From an uncultured Gemmatimonadaceae bacterium (lineage in GTDB: Bacteria > Gemmatimonadota > Gemmatimonadetes > Gemmatimonadales > Gemmatimonadaceae): a DNA stretch of 64,000 nt. A program made the translations under genes and the position numbers. Where the stretch lies: the NCBI GenBank assembly GCA_963817955.1, contig CAWFQK010000004.1:256001-320000 (forward strand), read 5' to 3'. Shown piece after piece: positions 1 through 11,589 of the stretch. How positions within the stretch are numbered: the stretch's first letter is position 1; each line of letters opens with the position of its first letter. The notes under the pieces were generated by a model that saw only the letters and a program-made list of their open reading frames with translations, was not told where the DNA came from and made no database searches.

Positions 1-488
1 AGTAGTTGCTCGAACTGCGCAAACGGGACGCCGAGCACGACGTCGCCGTACATCTGGATGAAGCGGCGGTAGGAATCGTACGCGAACCGTGGGTTGCCAC
101 TGGCGCGCGCCAGGCCCTGAACGCTGCGATCGTTCAGCCCAAGGTTGAGGATGGTCTCCATCATCCCAGGCATCGAAACGGGCGCCCCGGACCGCACGGA
201 CACGAGCAGCGGATCACTCGTGTCGCCGAAACGCTTGCCAGTCACCCGCTCGAGGTGATCGAGTTCTTGGTGCACTTCGGCGCGCACGTCGTCCGGGATC
301 GTTCGATCCTTCAGATACGCGACACAGATTGGCGCAGCAATTGTGAACCCCGGGGGGACGGGCACTCCTAGGTTCGTCATCTCGGCGAGGTTTGCACCCT
401 TTCCGCCGAGGATCGCCTTCATGTCCTTGGTGCCTTCGGCTCGTCCGTCGCCAAAGAAGTAGACAGACTTGTTCGAACGCTCGGTCAC
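1..488 (-). CDS. ppdK: Pyruvate phosphate dikinase, 5' part (runs off the window start)
   Basis: Manual translation from GTG at 488: MTERSNKSVYFFGDGRAEGTKDMKAILGGKGANLAEMTNLGVPVPPGFTI, the PPDK N-terminal GGKGANLAEM...PVPPGFTI motif. Not in the ORF track because no stop lies in the window. Confidence 0.93.
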   Translation of the reverse strand, partial: MTERSNKSVYFFGDGRAEGTKDMKAILGGKGANLAEMTNLGVPVPPGFTIAAPICVAYLKDRTIPDDVRAEVHQELDHLERVTGKRFGDTSDPLLVSVRSGAPVSMPGMMETILNLGLNDRSVQGLARASGNPRFAYDSYRRFIQMYGDVVLGVPFAQFEQL

Positions 489-586
489 AGGCGGTTCGTT
501 GTCAAAGCCTACCAAGTCGCTGGTTTGAGGAGTACTGGTCAACAAACCCTCTCACGTGAGTGCAATGATCGGATACGCGACTGTCA

Positions 587-1966
587 TCAACAGCCGCAGC
601 CGAAACGTAATTTGTCGGGATCCGTGGGCGGCGGAGTAGGGTAATCGCCGGAAAAACATGCGTGGCAAAACCCCTCCGGGCCAAGGGGCACCGATTGGAG
701 CATGCCATCCAGGGAGATGTAGCCCAGACTGTCTACGCCAAGGTGCGCCGCGATTTCGGGGACCGTGTTGTTGGCTGCGATGAGTTCCTCGCGCGACGGC
801 GTATCGATGCCATAGTAGCATGGACCGGTCACGGGCGGAGAGCTTACGCGCATATGAACCTCGCGAGCGCCGGCGGCGCGGACGAGTGCGACCAATCCGC
901 GCGTGGTGGTGCCGCGAACAATGGAATCGTCGACCATGACGACGCTCTTGCCGGCAAGCACCTCGCGAACCGGGTTGTACTTCACTTTCACTTTGGCGTC
1001 GCGCCCGGCTTGCGTCGGTTGGATGAACGTGCGCCCAACGTAGTGATTGCGAATAAGCGCCAGCTCGTACGGGAGTCCGCTCGCCTCGGCAAAACCGAGG
1101 GCCGCGGAGTTCGAAGAGTCCGGTACGCTGAACACGAGTTCGGCAGACGGGGCAGGGTGCTCCTGGGCAAGGCGGTGTCCAAGGGCGCGCCGCGCCCGAT
1201 CGACCGAGCCGCCGAACACACGACTGTCGGGCCGTGCGAAGTACACGTACTCGAAGACGCAGCGCCGCAGCTCCTTCTTCTCAAGGGGGAATATCGACTG
1301 CACCCCCTCGGCGTTCACCGATACGATCTCGCCGGGTTCGACGTCGCGTTCGGTCGTGGCGCCGACGATGTCGAGTGCACACGTCTCCGACGCAAACACG
1401 ATTGAGTTTCCAAGACGGCCCATGGCGAGCGGCCGCCAGCCGCGCGGGTCGCGCGCCGCGAGAATCGTATCGCCCATGGCAACGACCAGACTAAATGCGC
1501 CTTCGACTCCCTGGAGCGCATCGGCGAGTCGGGCCGCCGGCTTGGGCGCGTTCGAGCGCGCCAGGCGATGCACGATCACTTCCGAATCGATCGTCGAGCC
1601 GAAGATCGAGCCGAGCTCCTCGAGCTCCATCCGCAATTCTGCCGCGTTCGTGATGTTGCCGTTGTGCGCGAGCGCGATGTAGCCGCCCTTGGACCGGGCG
1701 ACGACAGGCTGCGCGTTCTCGATCGTCGAGGACCCGGACGTGCTGTATCGGGTGTGCCCGACGGCGCTGACCCCTGGGATCTTCGCCAGTTCTTGGGCCA
1801 GCGCGTCAGTCAGCGTGCCCATGTTGCGCACCGCGCGCGCGTTGCCAGCCGCATCGATGGAGACGACGCCGACTGACTCCTGGCCCCGGTGCTGCAGAGA
1901 ATACAGGCCGAGCTGCGCGAGCTGCGCTGCGTCAGGATGGCCGTGAACGCCGAATATTCCGCACAT
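587..1966 (-). CDS. purF: Amidophosphoribosyltransferase (Fe-S type)
   Basis: N-terminal MCGIFG nucleophile Cys, LQHRGQES, GHTRYST, PRPP loop VDDSIVRGTT, Cys ligands CVFE/PCYYG/FCHAC. Confidence 0.97.
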   Translation of the reverse strand: MCGIFGVHGHPDAAQLAQLGLYSLQHRGQESVGVVSIDAAGNARAVRNMGTLTDALAQELAKIPGVSAVGHTRYSTSGSSTIENAQPVVARSKGGYIALAHNGNITNAAELRMELEELGSIFGSTIDSEVIVHRLARSNAPKPAARLADALQGVEGAFSLVVAMGDTILAARDPRGWRPLAMGRLGNSIVFASETCALDIVGATTERDVEPGEIVSVNAEGVQSIFPLEKKELRRCVFEYVYFARPDSRVFGGSVDRARRALGHRLAQEHPAPSAELVFSVPDSSNSAALGFAEASGLPYELALIRNHYVGRTFIQPTQAGRDAKVKVKYNPVREVLAGKSVVMVDDSIVRGTTTRGLVALVRAAGAREVHMRVSSPPVTGPCYYGIDTPSREELIAANNTVPEIAAHLGVDSLGYISLDGMLQSVPLGPEGFCHACFSGDYPTPPPTDPDKLRFGCGC

Positions 1967-2011
1967 GAAAAATAGTTGCTCGTCGGTAACGGACAGAGAA
2001 CCGCTATACCA

Positions 2012-4311
2012 CTATTGGGATAGCGCGGCCTGGGCCATGATTCGCGGAATGGCTTCGTGGTAGGCCGTGTCGAGGCGGTCGAGGGGTGCCGCGAACCGCA
2101 GGCTTGCTGTCGTAATCTGCAAGGGTGCCGCAAGCGCGCCCACTCGACCAATGCTCCGCGCTGGCACGTTGTGCTTCCGCGCAATGCTGAGCACGGTGTC
2201 GGGCATGGCCGTAGAGACGATCACCCGTCCCTGCGCCTCTCCGAACAGCAGCGCCCGGTCGGCTAGCTCGTGCCAGACCGACAGATCTACCGTCGCGCCG
2301 CGCGGTGCGACGCGATCCATCACGCAACACTCGGCAAGCGCCACCGCGAGTCCGCCATCCGCGCAATCGTGCGCCGAACGCACGACGCCCCCTTGAATGG
2401 ATTCGAGCACTGCGCCGATGAGCGCACGCTCGGTCTCGAGATCGCAAGCGGGCGGTGCGCCTGCGACACGTTCCGTGAATGCGCGCGAGATACTCGCTGC
2501 CGCCCGACTTCTCCGTGGGTTCGCCGAGCAGGATGATGGTGTCGTGCTCGCACCTCGGAGAATGCGGAGCGGGTGATGTGCGCAACCGCTTCGATCAGAC
2601 CCACCATGCCGATCGACGGCGTCGGGTACACGGCGCCCGATGGGTTCTCATTGTACAACGAGACGTTGCCGCCGGTGACCGGCGTTCCGAGCGCGTGGCA
2701 GGCTTCGCCCATTCCGGCGACGGCTTCGCGAAGCTGGAAGTAGACTTCGGGCGGCTTCGGATTGCCGAAGTTCAGGTTGTTCGTGATCGCCATCGGCCGC
2801 GCGCCCGTACACGCCACGTTGCGCGCCGCCTCGCCGACCGCGATGCGCGCGCCGACGCGCGGGTCGAGGTACACGTACCGCCCGTTGCAGTCGGTCTTGA
2901 GCGCGAGTGGCCTCGTCCGTGCCGCGAATGCGAAGGACGGCCGCGTCGCCGCCAGGGCCGATCACCGTGTTGGTGCGCACCGTGTGATCGTACTGCCGAT
3001 AGACCCAGCGTCTTGCTCGCGATCGTCGGCGACGCAGCAGCTGCTCCAGCGTCCAGAGTGGATCCGGCTCCTCCGGACGTTCGCGCGATCGTCATGCACG
3101 TCAGTCGGTACGGCAGTCGCGCGAGTCTCGGCGCTCTCACGCGCCTCCGGCGCGTACAGTCGGACAGTCCGTGACGAGCCGGATGCCCGGGAACTCGGCA
3201 ACGACGCGGTCGCCTTCGGTCACGCGATACACCGGCTCGGCGATCACCTCGCCGATAACGGCCGCAGTGAGGTCCCACTTCTCGAGAATGGCACGGACGT
3301 CGATCCTCGCGGCCCAGCTCTGGCGACGACGAGCATGCGCTCCTGCGATTCGCTGAGCAGGATCTCGTACGGCGTCATCCCCGCTTCGCGCACGGGGACC
3401 TTGAGCGTGTCGATCGTGACGCCGACGTCGCCCCGCGCGGCCATCTCGGCGAGGACGAAGACGTCAGTCCAGCCGCGCCCATGTCCTGAATGGCAACGAT
3501 GTGCGCCGCTGCGAATGAGCTCGAGGCTCGCTTCGAGGAGCAGCTTCTCCGTGAAGGGGTCGCCAACCTGGACGCGTGGGCGCTTGGCCTCGCTCTGCGC
3601 GGAAAGATCCTCCGATGCGAATGAGGCTCCGTGAATGCCGTCGCGTCCCGTGCGCGCACCGACCGCGATGATCGGGTTGCCGACTCCCTGCGCAACGGCG
3701 CGAATGAGCTCCTCTTCGTGCAGGAGCCCGACGCACATCGCGTTGACGAGCGGATTGCCCTCGTAGGCCGGATCGAACGCGATCTCGCCCGCAACCGTCG
3801 GTATGCCGACGCAGTTGCCATAGTCGCCAATGCCTTTCACTACACCGGCAAACAGATATCGGACACGCGCCGAGTCCAGCGACCCGAACCGTAGTGAATT
3901 GAGAAGCGCGATCGGACGGGCACCCATCGTGAAGACATCGCGCAGGATGCCGCCAACGCCCGTCGCTGCGCCCTGGTACGGCTCGACGGCCGACGGATGA
4001 TTGTGCGACTCGATCTTGAACGCGACGGCCAGGCCGTCGCCGATCGAGATGACGCCGGCGTTTTCGCCGGGCCCCTGCAGCACGTACGGCGCCGTGGTGG
4101 GCAGCGTCTTGAGTAGCGGCCGCGAGTGCTTGTACGAGCAATGCTCGCTCCACAGCGCGCTGACGATGCCGAACTCCGTGAACGTCGGCTCGCGGCCCAG
4201 CATGTCGATCAACCGCTCATATTCTTCATTCGTCAAGCCATGCTCGGCGATCAACGCTGGTGTGATCAGCGGATCACCGGGCCGACCCTCGACGCTCGTC
4301 TGCCGTTGCAT
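2012..4311 (-). CDS. purL: Phosphoribosylformylglycinamidine synthase subunit PurL, broken by several frameshifts (~2410-3500)
   Basis: [77 protein letters not shown] lie in successive different frames. Confidence 0.9.
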
Positions 4312-4314
4312 GCG

Positions 4315-5007
4315 CTACACTCCTACCCGGGCGAGCATGGACTCGAAAAGGGCAAGTCCGTCGTCGGACCCCAGCAGGGCATCCACCGCGCGCTCGGGAT
4401 GCGGCATCATGCCCAGCACGTTTCCGGCTTCGTTGACCACGCCGGCAATGGCGCGCATCGAGCCGTTGGGACTCCACCACTCGTCGGCGTCACCCGGACC
4501 GCCGACGTAGCGAAACACCACGCGCCCTTCGCCTTCGAGTCTATCGAGCGTTGCTTCGTCCGCGGTGTAACGGCCGTCACCATGCGCGATCGGAACCCGG
4601 ATGATCGCGCCACGATCGTATCGGTTCGTGAACATCGTGTCAGTGGATTCCACGCGCAGGCGCACGAACTCAGAGACGAACTTGAGACTCGCGTTGCGTA
4701 GCAGTGCGCCAGGCAGCAACCCGGCCTCACAGGCGATCTGAAATCCGTTGCAGATTCCGAGTACCGGGCCGCCGCGATGGGCGAACGCGATCACGTCCTG
4801 CATGACGGGACTAAAGCGCGCGATGGCACCCGCCCGCAGATAATCGCCGTAACTGAAGCCGCCAGGGAGCACGATCACGTCGCTCTCCTTCAGGTCGTGG
4901 TCCTTGTGCCAGAGGTACACGGCCTTCTCGCCGAGCGCCTCAACCACCGCCTGATAGGCGTCATAGTCGCAGTTGGAGCCCGGAAAGGTGACGATGCCGA
5001 ACTTCAT
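4315..5007 (-). CDS. purQ: FGAM synthase glutaminase subunit
   Basis: [35 protein letters not shown] motifs. Confidence 0.97.
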   Translation of the reverse strand: MKFGIVTFPGSNCDYDAYQAVVEALGEKAVYLWHKDHDLKESDVIVLPGGFSYGDYLRAGAIARFSPVMQDVIAFAHRGGPVLGICNGFQIACEAGLLPGALLRNASLKFVSEFVRLRVESTDTMFTNRYDRGAIIRVPIAHGDGRYTADEATLDRLEGEGRVVFRYVGGPGDADEWWSPNGSMRAIAGVVNEAGNVLGMMPHPERAVDALLGSDDGLALFESMLARVGV

Positions 5008-5261
5008 GACGCTACCACACTCGCGATCTCGAAGTCCTCAACTACCGGATTCGCCAGCAGCCGCTCGCACATCTCGCGCGTCGATTGCTCGGCGGCGTTC
5101 TGATCGGCCGCGTCCAGTTCCACGACGACGTGTCGTCCGACATGAACGTCATGTACAGACGAAAAGCCTAGGCTGTGGAGTGCGTCGGCAACCGTGCGTC
5201 CTTGAGGATCAAGCACGCCGCGGCGCGGCGTGATGTGAACGGCAATGCGATATCGGTTCAT
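5004..5261 (-). CDS. purS: FGAM synthase subunit PurS
   Basis: VLDPQG and [10 protein letters not shown] motifs, 85 aa, overlaps purQ start. Confidence 0.95.
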   Translation of the reverse strand: MNRYRIAVHITPRRGVLDPQGRTVADALHSLGFSSVHDVHVGRHVVVELDAADQNAAEQSTREMCERLLANPVVEDFEIASVVAS

Positions 5262-6352
5262 TCAGCGGAGCCTGTAGGCGTATCGGGGAGTGTGGGACCG
5301 GGCAGGATGCTACCTGGCGGACGATTGCCGCCGCGCGGACCGCGGCGGCGGCGTTTACGACGCGCCGGTGGCGCGCCTTCCTCGGGATGTCGCTCCTCGG
5401 GCGCCCGGTCGGCCGGCGCGCGCTCAGCGGGACGACGCTCTTCGCGACGCACATCAGACGGAGCTACAGGGGCTGGCGAGGGGAACGCATTGCGCGCCGG
5501 CGGAAGACGTCGCTCCTCATCCGAGCCGACGCCCTCAGCTTCTTCTTCCCAGAAGATCTCACCGGGTGTCGCCGAACGGCCGACGAAGCCAATGATCACC
5601 CACTTGACCGCGCCATAGAGCACGTATGCAAGGAGCGCCGGAAAAATGAACTCTTCGCGACGCACGAGCAGGAGCACCAAGCATCCCGTCACCACGAGCG
5701 TCCCGATGATCTTCTTGATACTGGTGAATCCGATCGACGGCACGGCGGGGTAGGGCACGTCGCTGATCATCAGTGCGGCGAGAACCGCCATGAGGCCGCG
5801 CAAGATCACGTGCCACGGGAGGTCCGACAGCGTCTTGCTGTCGGTGAACAAGATAACCGTTTGGTTGTACAGCGGCGTCTGGCTGAACCAATAATATGTG
5901 GCAAGGGTGAGACCGGCTGCGGGGCTGGGCAGTCCGTGGAAATGCGCCTTCTTGCGTCCCGCCTGCTCGACGTTGAAGCGCGCCAATCGCATCACGGCGC
6001 ATGAAGTGAAAATGAAGACGAGCAACCAGCTCCACGCGCCCTTGTCCGGCAATTCCAGATACATGATGAGCGCCGGCGCGAATCCGAACGAAATGGCGTC
6101 GACTAACGAGTCCAGCTCTTCGCCGAACCGGCTACCGGTGCCGGTAGCGCGCGCCACGCGTCCGTCGAGCGCATCAGCGACGCCGCCCAGAACAATGAAT
6201 GCCGGCGCGGCGCTGAGGTCGCCCCGAATTGCGAGAACGATGGCATAGACACCGCAGAACAGATTGAACAGCGTCAATCCGTTCGGCATGAGGACTACGG
6301 CGCGCCGTACGGCTTGGTGTCGGGGAATACTGCGACGTGTGCTCGGCTTCAT
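5258..6352 (-). CDS. pssA: CDP-diacylglycerol--serine O-phosphatidyltransferase with long low-complexity C-terminal tail
   Basis: PNGLTLFN, DALDGRVAR...FGEELDSLVDAISFG (CDP-alcohol phosphatidyltransferase motif), RLARFNV, FHGLPSP; next to psd. Confidence 0.92.
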   Translation of the reverse strand: MKPSTRRSIPRHQAVRRAVVLMPNGLTLFNLFCGVYAIVLAIRGDLSAAPAFIVLGGVADALDGRVARATGTGSRFGEELDSLVDAISFGFAPALIMYLELPDKGAWSWLLVFIFTSCAVMRLARFNVEQAGRKKAHFHGLPSPAAGLTLATYYWFSQTPLYNQTVILFTDSKTLSDLPWHVILRGLMAVLAALMISDVPYPAVPSIGFTSIKKIIGTLVVTGCLVLLLVRREEFIFPALLAYVLYGAVKWVIIGFVGRSATPGEIFWEEEAEGVGSDEERRLPPARNAFPSPAPVAPSDVRREERRPAERAPADRAPEERHPEEGAPPARRKRRRRGPRGGNRPPGSILPGPTLPDTPTGSAE

Positions 6353-7002
6353 TTGCCGGTCAGCTCTGCGATCACAGTCTGACCCGCGAACGTGGCATCG
6401 CCGATTCCTACGCGCATCGGCGAACCTACCGGCAGGAAGACGTCGACGCGGGACCCGAAGCGTATCAGTCCCATGCGCTCACCCTGGCGAACGTGTTCGC
6501 CATCCTTGGAGTCAGTAACAATGCGCCGCGCGATGAGTCCGGCAATCTGCCGCACGAGGACACGGGCTTTGCCCGTCTCAATGCCGACCGAGGACTGCTC
6601 ATTTTGCATGCTCGACTCTTCCAACGCTGCGTTGAGAAAGCGGCCAGCTTTGCGCTCGACATAATGCACGGTGCCGCTGACGGGATACCGGTTCACGTGC
6701 ACGTTGAACACGTTCATGAAGATGGAGACGCGTACTGCGCGGGCCTTCATGAACGTCGGCTCGTCGACCTCAGTGATCATCACAACCTTGCCGTCGGCCG
6801 GTGAGATGACGATGCGCTCGCCGCGCTCGCCGGTCCGCACTGGGTCGCGAAAGAAGTACGCGACCCAGAGCGCCACCACCAACAGCCCGAAAGCGAACAG
6901 CCAGAGTGGCCAGGAACGGCGACTGAGTGCCACCCCGAACGCACCGGCGGCGACGATCGCCGCGATCACAATGAAACTCAATCCTTCTCGTGCGAAGTTC
7001 AC
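6349..7002 (-). CDS. psd: Phosphatidylserine decarboxylase
   Basis: [44 protein letters not shown] self-cleavage motif; GTG at 7002 overlaps the purC stop. Confidence 0.93.
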   Translation of the reverse strand: MNFAREGLSFIVIAAIVAAGAFGVALSRRSWPLWLFAFGLLVVALWVAYFFRDPVRTGERGERIVISPADGKVVMITEVDEPTFMKARAVRVSIFMNVFNVHVNRYPVSGTVHYVERKAGRFLNAALEESSMQNEQSSVGIETGKARVLVRQIAGLIARRIVTDSKDGEHVRQGERMGLIRFGSRVDVFLPVGSPMRVGIGDATFAGQTVIAELTGK

Positions 7003-7925
7003 GATAGCTCCGTGATATCGAGCTCGGTGCCAGTGATGCGAAGAAATGCATCTCGGTAGCGCACGCTCGTCGCCTGGATGACCGACGCTGGGAGTTGCGG
7101 CGGGGGTGCCTCGCCGTTCCAGCGGCCGGCGCAACGCTCGTTGTCGAGATAGTCACGCAATGGCTGCTTGTCGAAGCTAGGCTGAGAACGGCCTGGCTGA
7201 TAATGCTCGGCAGGCCAGAAGCGCGAACTGTCCGGCGTGAGGACCTCATCAATGAGAGTGATCGCCCCATGGCGATCGCGGCCGAACTCGAATTTCGTAT
7301 CGGCAATAATGATCCCACGCTCCGCGGCAACGGCGCGCCCGCGTTCGTACACGAGCCGACTCAATCGCTCCAACTCCGCCGCAACATCGGCCCCCACGGC
7401 TTCAGCAACGCGCGCCGCCGTGATGTTCTCGTCATGGCCCGTCTCAGCCTTCGTGGCCGGACTGAAGAGCGGAGGATCGAGACGCTCACTCTCCCGCAGC
7501 CCCGGCGGAAGCGATTCACCCGCCAACGTGCCCGCAGCGCGGTATTCCTTCCACGCCGAGCCAGACAAGTACCCGCGAATCACGCACTCGATCGGGAATA
7601 CCTCGGTGCGCATACAGAGCATTGCGCGACCAGCCAGCTGGCCCCGGTGAGGACGTAGCGCAGGAACGGCGGCGACGATCTCATCCACGTCGGCTGAGAG
7701 CATGTGGTGGTGCACATCAGCCTCGAGCTGTCGAAGCCACCAAGCAGTAATCTGCGTGAGCACGGCTCCCTTGTACGGAATCGGCTCCGCCATCACTACG
7801 TCGAACGCGCTGACACGATCGGTGGCGACGAGCAGCAGACGGTCGTCGTCCACGGCGTAGACTTCGCGCACTTTGCCGCGACGAACATGTTGGAGCGGGA
7901 GCGGCTTCAGTTCCACGATCGTCAT
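6999..7925 (-). CDS. purC: SAICAR synthetase
   Basis: [46 protein letters not shown]. Confidence 0.97.
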   Translation of the reverse strand: MTIVELKPLPLQHVRRGKVREVYAVDDDRLLLVATDRVSAFDVVMAEPIPYKGAVLTQITAWWLRQLEADVHHHMLSADVDEIVAAVPALRPHRGQLAGRAMLCMRTEVFPIECVIRGYLSGSAWKEYRAAGTLAGESLPPGLRESERLDPPLFSPATKAETGHDENITAARVAEAVGADVAAELERLSRLVYERGRAVAAERGIIIADTKFEFGRDRHGAITLIDEVLTPDSSRFWPAEHYQPGRSQPSFDKQPLRDYLDNERCAGRWNGEAPPPQLPASVIQATSVRYRDAFLRITGTELDITELS

Positions 7926-9358
7926 ACGCGGATCTCTTCGCGCACGTCCTCGCCGCGCGAATGACCGGCGAGCAGCGGTTCAACGATCGTCTCGAGGAAC
8001 TCGTCCACTTGCTCGGGTGCGCGCCCAACAAACCGGTCGGCACGCAGCGCCGATTCCAGATCCGCGATCGGTACACCGAACGCCGGATCCGCAGCCAGCC
8101 GATCGAGCATGTCGTTCCGCTCCGCCCCGTTCTTGAGTGCGCGCGCCGCTTCAATGCTGTGTTGGCGAATACGTTCGTGTGCCACTTGGCGGTCGCCGCC
8201 AGCGCGGACGGCACGCACGATCAGCTCCTCCGTCGCCATGAACGGCAATTCCTCCTGCAGTCGCCGACGAATCCGCGCTGGATGTACCTCCAAGCCACTG
8301 ACGACGTTCTCCATGATGACAAGAATAGCGTCGGTCGCGAGGAAGCTCTCCGGAATGACGAGACGGCGGTTCGCACTGTCGTCCAGCGTGCGCTCGAAGA
8401 ACTGGACGCCGTGCGTGAGATTGGCGTTCGGCTCGAGCGTGACGACGAAGCGCGCCAACGAGGCGATGCGCTCGCACCGCATGGGATTGCGCTTGTAAGC
8501 CATGGCCGACGAGCCGATCTGCTCGGCCTCGAATGGCTCCTCGATTTCACCGACGGATTGCAGCACACGCAGATCGCCGCTGAACTTCATTGCGCTTGAT
8601 GCGACGCCGGCAACGGCGCCGAGGACCTGGGCGTCGAGCTTGCGCGAGTAGGTCTGTCCCGAGACGGGAATCGACGAGGCAAAACCGATCTTGCCTGCCA
8701 CGCGGAGTGCGAGCTCACGTACCTTGGCGTGATCACCGCCAAAGATCTCGAGAAAGCTCGCCTGCGTGCCGGTCGTCCCCTTCACCCCGCGACATGGCAG
8801 GGTGGCGATGCGATGATCGAGATCGGCGAGATCGAGCAGCAGATCCTGCATCCAGAGCGTCGCGCGCTTCCCGACAGTCGTTGGTTGTGCGGGCTGCAGA
8901 TGCGTCGAACCGAGCGTCGGCTCGGCGCGCCACTCGCGCGCGAAGGTTGCCAATGCGCGTAGCACGCGCACGATCTTTCCACGCAGCAACTCCATGCCGC
9001 GGCGCATGAGGATCAGATCGGCGTTGTCCGTGACGTAGGCGCTGGTCGCGCCATAGTGGATGTATCCGCGAGCCGCTGGTGCCACGTCGCCGAACGCGTG
9101 CACATGCGCCATGACATCGTGTCGGAACCGTCGCTCGTATGCGGCCACCACGTCAAAGTCGATGTCCTCGAGGTGGGCGCGCATCTGAACCAGCGCTTCT
9201 TCCGGAATGGGAACACCCAACTCCTGCTCCGCTTCGGCGAGCGCCAACCAGAGCTGACGCCACAGGCCGTGACGCATGGCGGGCGACCACAGCTCCAGCA
9301 TCGCTCTGGATGAGTACCGTTCCGCGAGGGGCGACGAATACCGACTGTGGGCGGTCAT
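7922..9358 (-). CDS. purB: Adenylosuccinate lyase
   Basis: [28 protein letters not shown], fumarase-family signature [11 protein letters not shown]. Confidence 0.96.
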   Translation of the reverse strand: MTAHSRYSSPLAERYSSRAMLELWSPAMRHGLWRQLWLALAEAEQELGVPIPEEALVQMRAHLEDIDFDVVAAYERRFRHDVMAHVHAFGDVAPAARGYIHYGATSAYVTDNADLILMRRGMELLRGKIVRVLRALATFAREWRAEPTLGSTHLQPAQPTTVGKRATLWMQDLLLDLADLDHRIATLPCRGVKGTTGTQASFLEIFGGDHAKVRELALRVAGKIGFASSIPVSGQTYSRKLDAQVLGAVAGVASSAMKFSGDLRVLQSVGEIEEPFEAEQIGSSAMAYKRNPMRCERIASLARFVVTLEPNANLTHGVQFFERTLDDSANRRLVIPESFLATDAILVIMENVVSGLEVHPARIRRRLQEELPFMATEELIVRAVRAGGDRQVAHERIRQHSIEAARALKNGAERNDMLDRLAADPAFGVPIADLESALRADRFVGRAPEQVDEFLETIVEPLLAGHSRGEDVREEIRV

Positions 9359-10809
9359 CGGACGGCGAACTCTGTCATGTACAATTGGTCCTGACGTTCG
9401 ACGACGAGACGCAGATACGTGCGGTCGCCGTAGTGATCGATCGCGCGGGCGACATCCTGCGCCGATCGGATGGCGGTGTTGTTGATCTGTAGAATCACGT
9501 CGCCCTGCTGCAGACCCGTTTGATCGGCGATCGTGGGACTCACCTGGTACACGAGAGCGCCAAATTGGCGTCGGAGATTTCGGTCGGCAGCGATCGCCGG
9601 CGTCACTGTCACCAACTCGAGTTCGCGCAGCACCTGCACCTTGGGCGCGCTGACTTCCGGAATGTCGCTCACCTTCACGTCGGTTTCGAACTCGCGCGAG
9701 CCGCGTCGTATGCGCAGGTGGGCTGGCGAGCCAACGTGTAGGTCAAGCAGCGCCGCTTGCCAGTCGAAGGCATTGCGAATGACGCGATCGCCCTCCCGAA
9801 GAATAACGTCTCCGGGCTGCAACCCGGCGTTAGCGGCGGGAGAGCCCGGCGCCACCGACCCGATCACCGCCCCCTGCGAGATCACGTCGCGGGGGTTGTT
9901 CGACGACGCCTGCCGCAGTCGCACGCCAATCCATGGACTCCGGATCGACCCATGGTTCAACAAGTCATCGACGACGCGGGCGACGCGATTGATTGGGATC
10001 GCGAATCCAAGGCCGACCGAGCCGCCCGTAGGCGAGAAGAGACTGCTGTTCACGCCGATAACATCGCCGTCGGCGTCGACGAGGGGACCGCCGGAATTCC
10101 CGGGATTGATTGCGGCATCGGTCTGGATCATGTCGAAATACGACGCCTGGCCTTCACCAGGCGCGACGAGATTCCGCTGTGTCGCGCTGATCACTCCCAC
10201 GCTGACGCTCGGCTCGCTGTTGCCGAGGTAGAAACCGAACGGATTGCCGATCGCGATGGCCCATTCGCCAATCAGGAGGCTGTTCGAATTTCCGAGGCTT
10301 GCTTCAGGCAAATTCTTCGCGTTGATCTCGAGCACCGCGATGTCATTGGTCTCGTCGGAGCCAAGAACCTTGGCGGGATACACGGTGCCGTCGCGCAGCA
10401 TGACTGACACCGTGTTGGCGCCGGCAACGACGTGCGCGTTAGTAACAATCACGCCGTCTTTTCGAACAACGAATCCGCTGCCGAGTCCGGCCTGCGTGCG
10501 CGGCCGTGCACCGCCAAAGAACATGTCGAACGGATCTTCCGGCGCATTCGCTTGGACCTCGGTCTGCACCGTGACGACCGAGGGCGAGACCTTCGCCACT
10601 GCAGCGGTCAGAGCGTTCTGGCGGCTTTGGGACACGCTCGCCGTGGCCGGCGCGGAAACGCCGGAGGCCTGCCCGCTCGGCGTTGCCGATTCGCGCGAGC
10701 AGCCGATCGCGGCCGCGATGACGAGGGACAGCCCCAAAAGCGGGGTTGCGCGAGCGACCAGGCTGCGTTCGTGCCGAAAACCGTTCCGGAGGGCGAGAGA
10801 AATCGTCAC
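9355..10809 (-). CDS. degP: DegP/HtrA serine protease with two PDZ domains, probable lipoprotein
   Basis: GSGFVV, TNAHVV, DIAVL, IQTDAAINPGNSGGPL catalytic triad; AIGC lipobox-like signal. Confidence 0.92.
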   Translation of the reverse strand: MTISLALRNGFRHERSLVARATPLLGLSLVIAAAIGCSRESATPSGQASGVSAPATASVSQSRQNALTAAVAKVSPSVVTVQTEVQANAPEDPFDMFFGGARPRTQAGLGSGFVVRKDGVIVTNAHVVAGANTVSVMLRDGTVYPAKVLGSDETNDIAVLEINAKNLPEASLGNSNSLLIGEWAIAIGNPFGFYLGNSEPSVSVGVISATQRNLVAPGEGQASYFDMIQTDAAINPGNSGGPLVDADGDVIGVNSSLFSPTGGSVGLGFAIPINRVARVVDDLLNHGSIRSPWIGVRLRQASSNNPRDVISQGAVIGSVAPGSPAANAGLQPGDVILREGDRVIRNAFDWQAALLDLHVGSPAHLRIRRGSREFETDVKVSDIPEVSAPKVQVLRELELVTVTPAIAADRNLRRQFGALVYQVSPTIADQTGLQQGDVILQINNTAIRSAQDVARAIDHYGDRTYLRLVVERQDQLYMTEFAVR

Positions 10810-11582
10810 GCGTCGTCGAGATACAGGTCGCGCGGGTAGGTCACGCGATCGAGAAACAGTGCATTTGCGGGCGCCGGGGGCGACACAGCCTTGTTGTCGG
10901 CTGCGGCAAGCAGGCGCGGCATATCGGAGGCTGGTCGTCTACCAGCTCCGATGTCGATCATCGTTCCGACGAGAAATCTCACCATGTGATGCAGGAAGCG
11001 GTTGGCTTCGATCGCGAATACGAGTCCGCCAGGTCTTTCCCCCCAACGAGCGGTCGTGACGCAACAGCGATGCTCGTCGTGGGCGGGTGCCGTACCGAGC
11101 ACGGCAAACCCTCGAAAACAGTGCTCACCAATGAGGTGGGCGGCCGCTGCGTCCAGAGCGCTCCGATCAAGGGGCTGCCCGAATGCATGCTCGTAGCGCG
11201 CACGAAATGGCGAATTCGCTTCCTCGTCCGTGCCGACGTAGTAGCTGTACCGCCGGCTCACCGCACTATACCGCGCGTGAAACTCCTCCCGCATCTGGGC
11301 CGACGCAGCAACCCACACGTCGGATGGGAGGACCGCATTCAGGGCGCGCCGCAATTCCTGAACGTCCCACCGTTCCGACACCCGAACGCCGACCGCTTGC
11401 CCTCGCGCGTGCACTCCTGCATCTGTTCGGCCGGAGCCGAGCGCGGTGATTGGAGTGGTGCACAACCGCTCAAGGGCGGCTTCGATGACACCTTGAACCG
11501 TGCGCTGCTCCGGTTGCCGTTGCCACCCACTGAATCCCGCCCCGTCGTAGTGCAACACAAGCTGTACGGTGCGTTCGGCCAT
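10806..11582 (-). CDS. truA: tRNA pseudouridine(38-40) synthase
   Basis: YDGAGFSGWQRQ, GSGRTDAGVHA, FHARYSA, FLHHMVR; ATG at 11582. Confidence 0.96.
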   Translation of the reverse strand: MAERTVQLVLHYDGAGFSGWQRQPEQRTVQGVIEAALERLCTTPITALGSGRTDAGVHARGQAVGVRVSERWDVQELRRALNAVLPSDVWVAASAQMREEFHARYSAVSRRYSYYVGTDEEANSPFRARYEHAFGQPLDRSALDAAAAHLIGEHCFRGFAVLGTAPAHDEHRCCVTTARWGERPGGLVFAIEANRFLHHMVRFLVGTMIDIGAGRRPASDMPRLLAAADNKAVSPPAPANALFLDRVTYPRDLYLDDA

Positions 11583-11589
11583 TGCTGGA

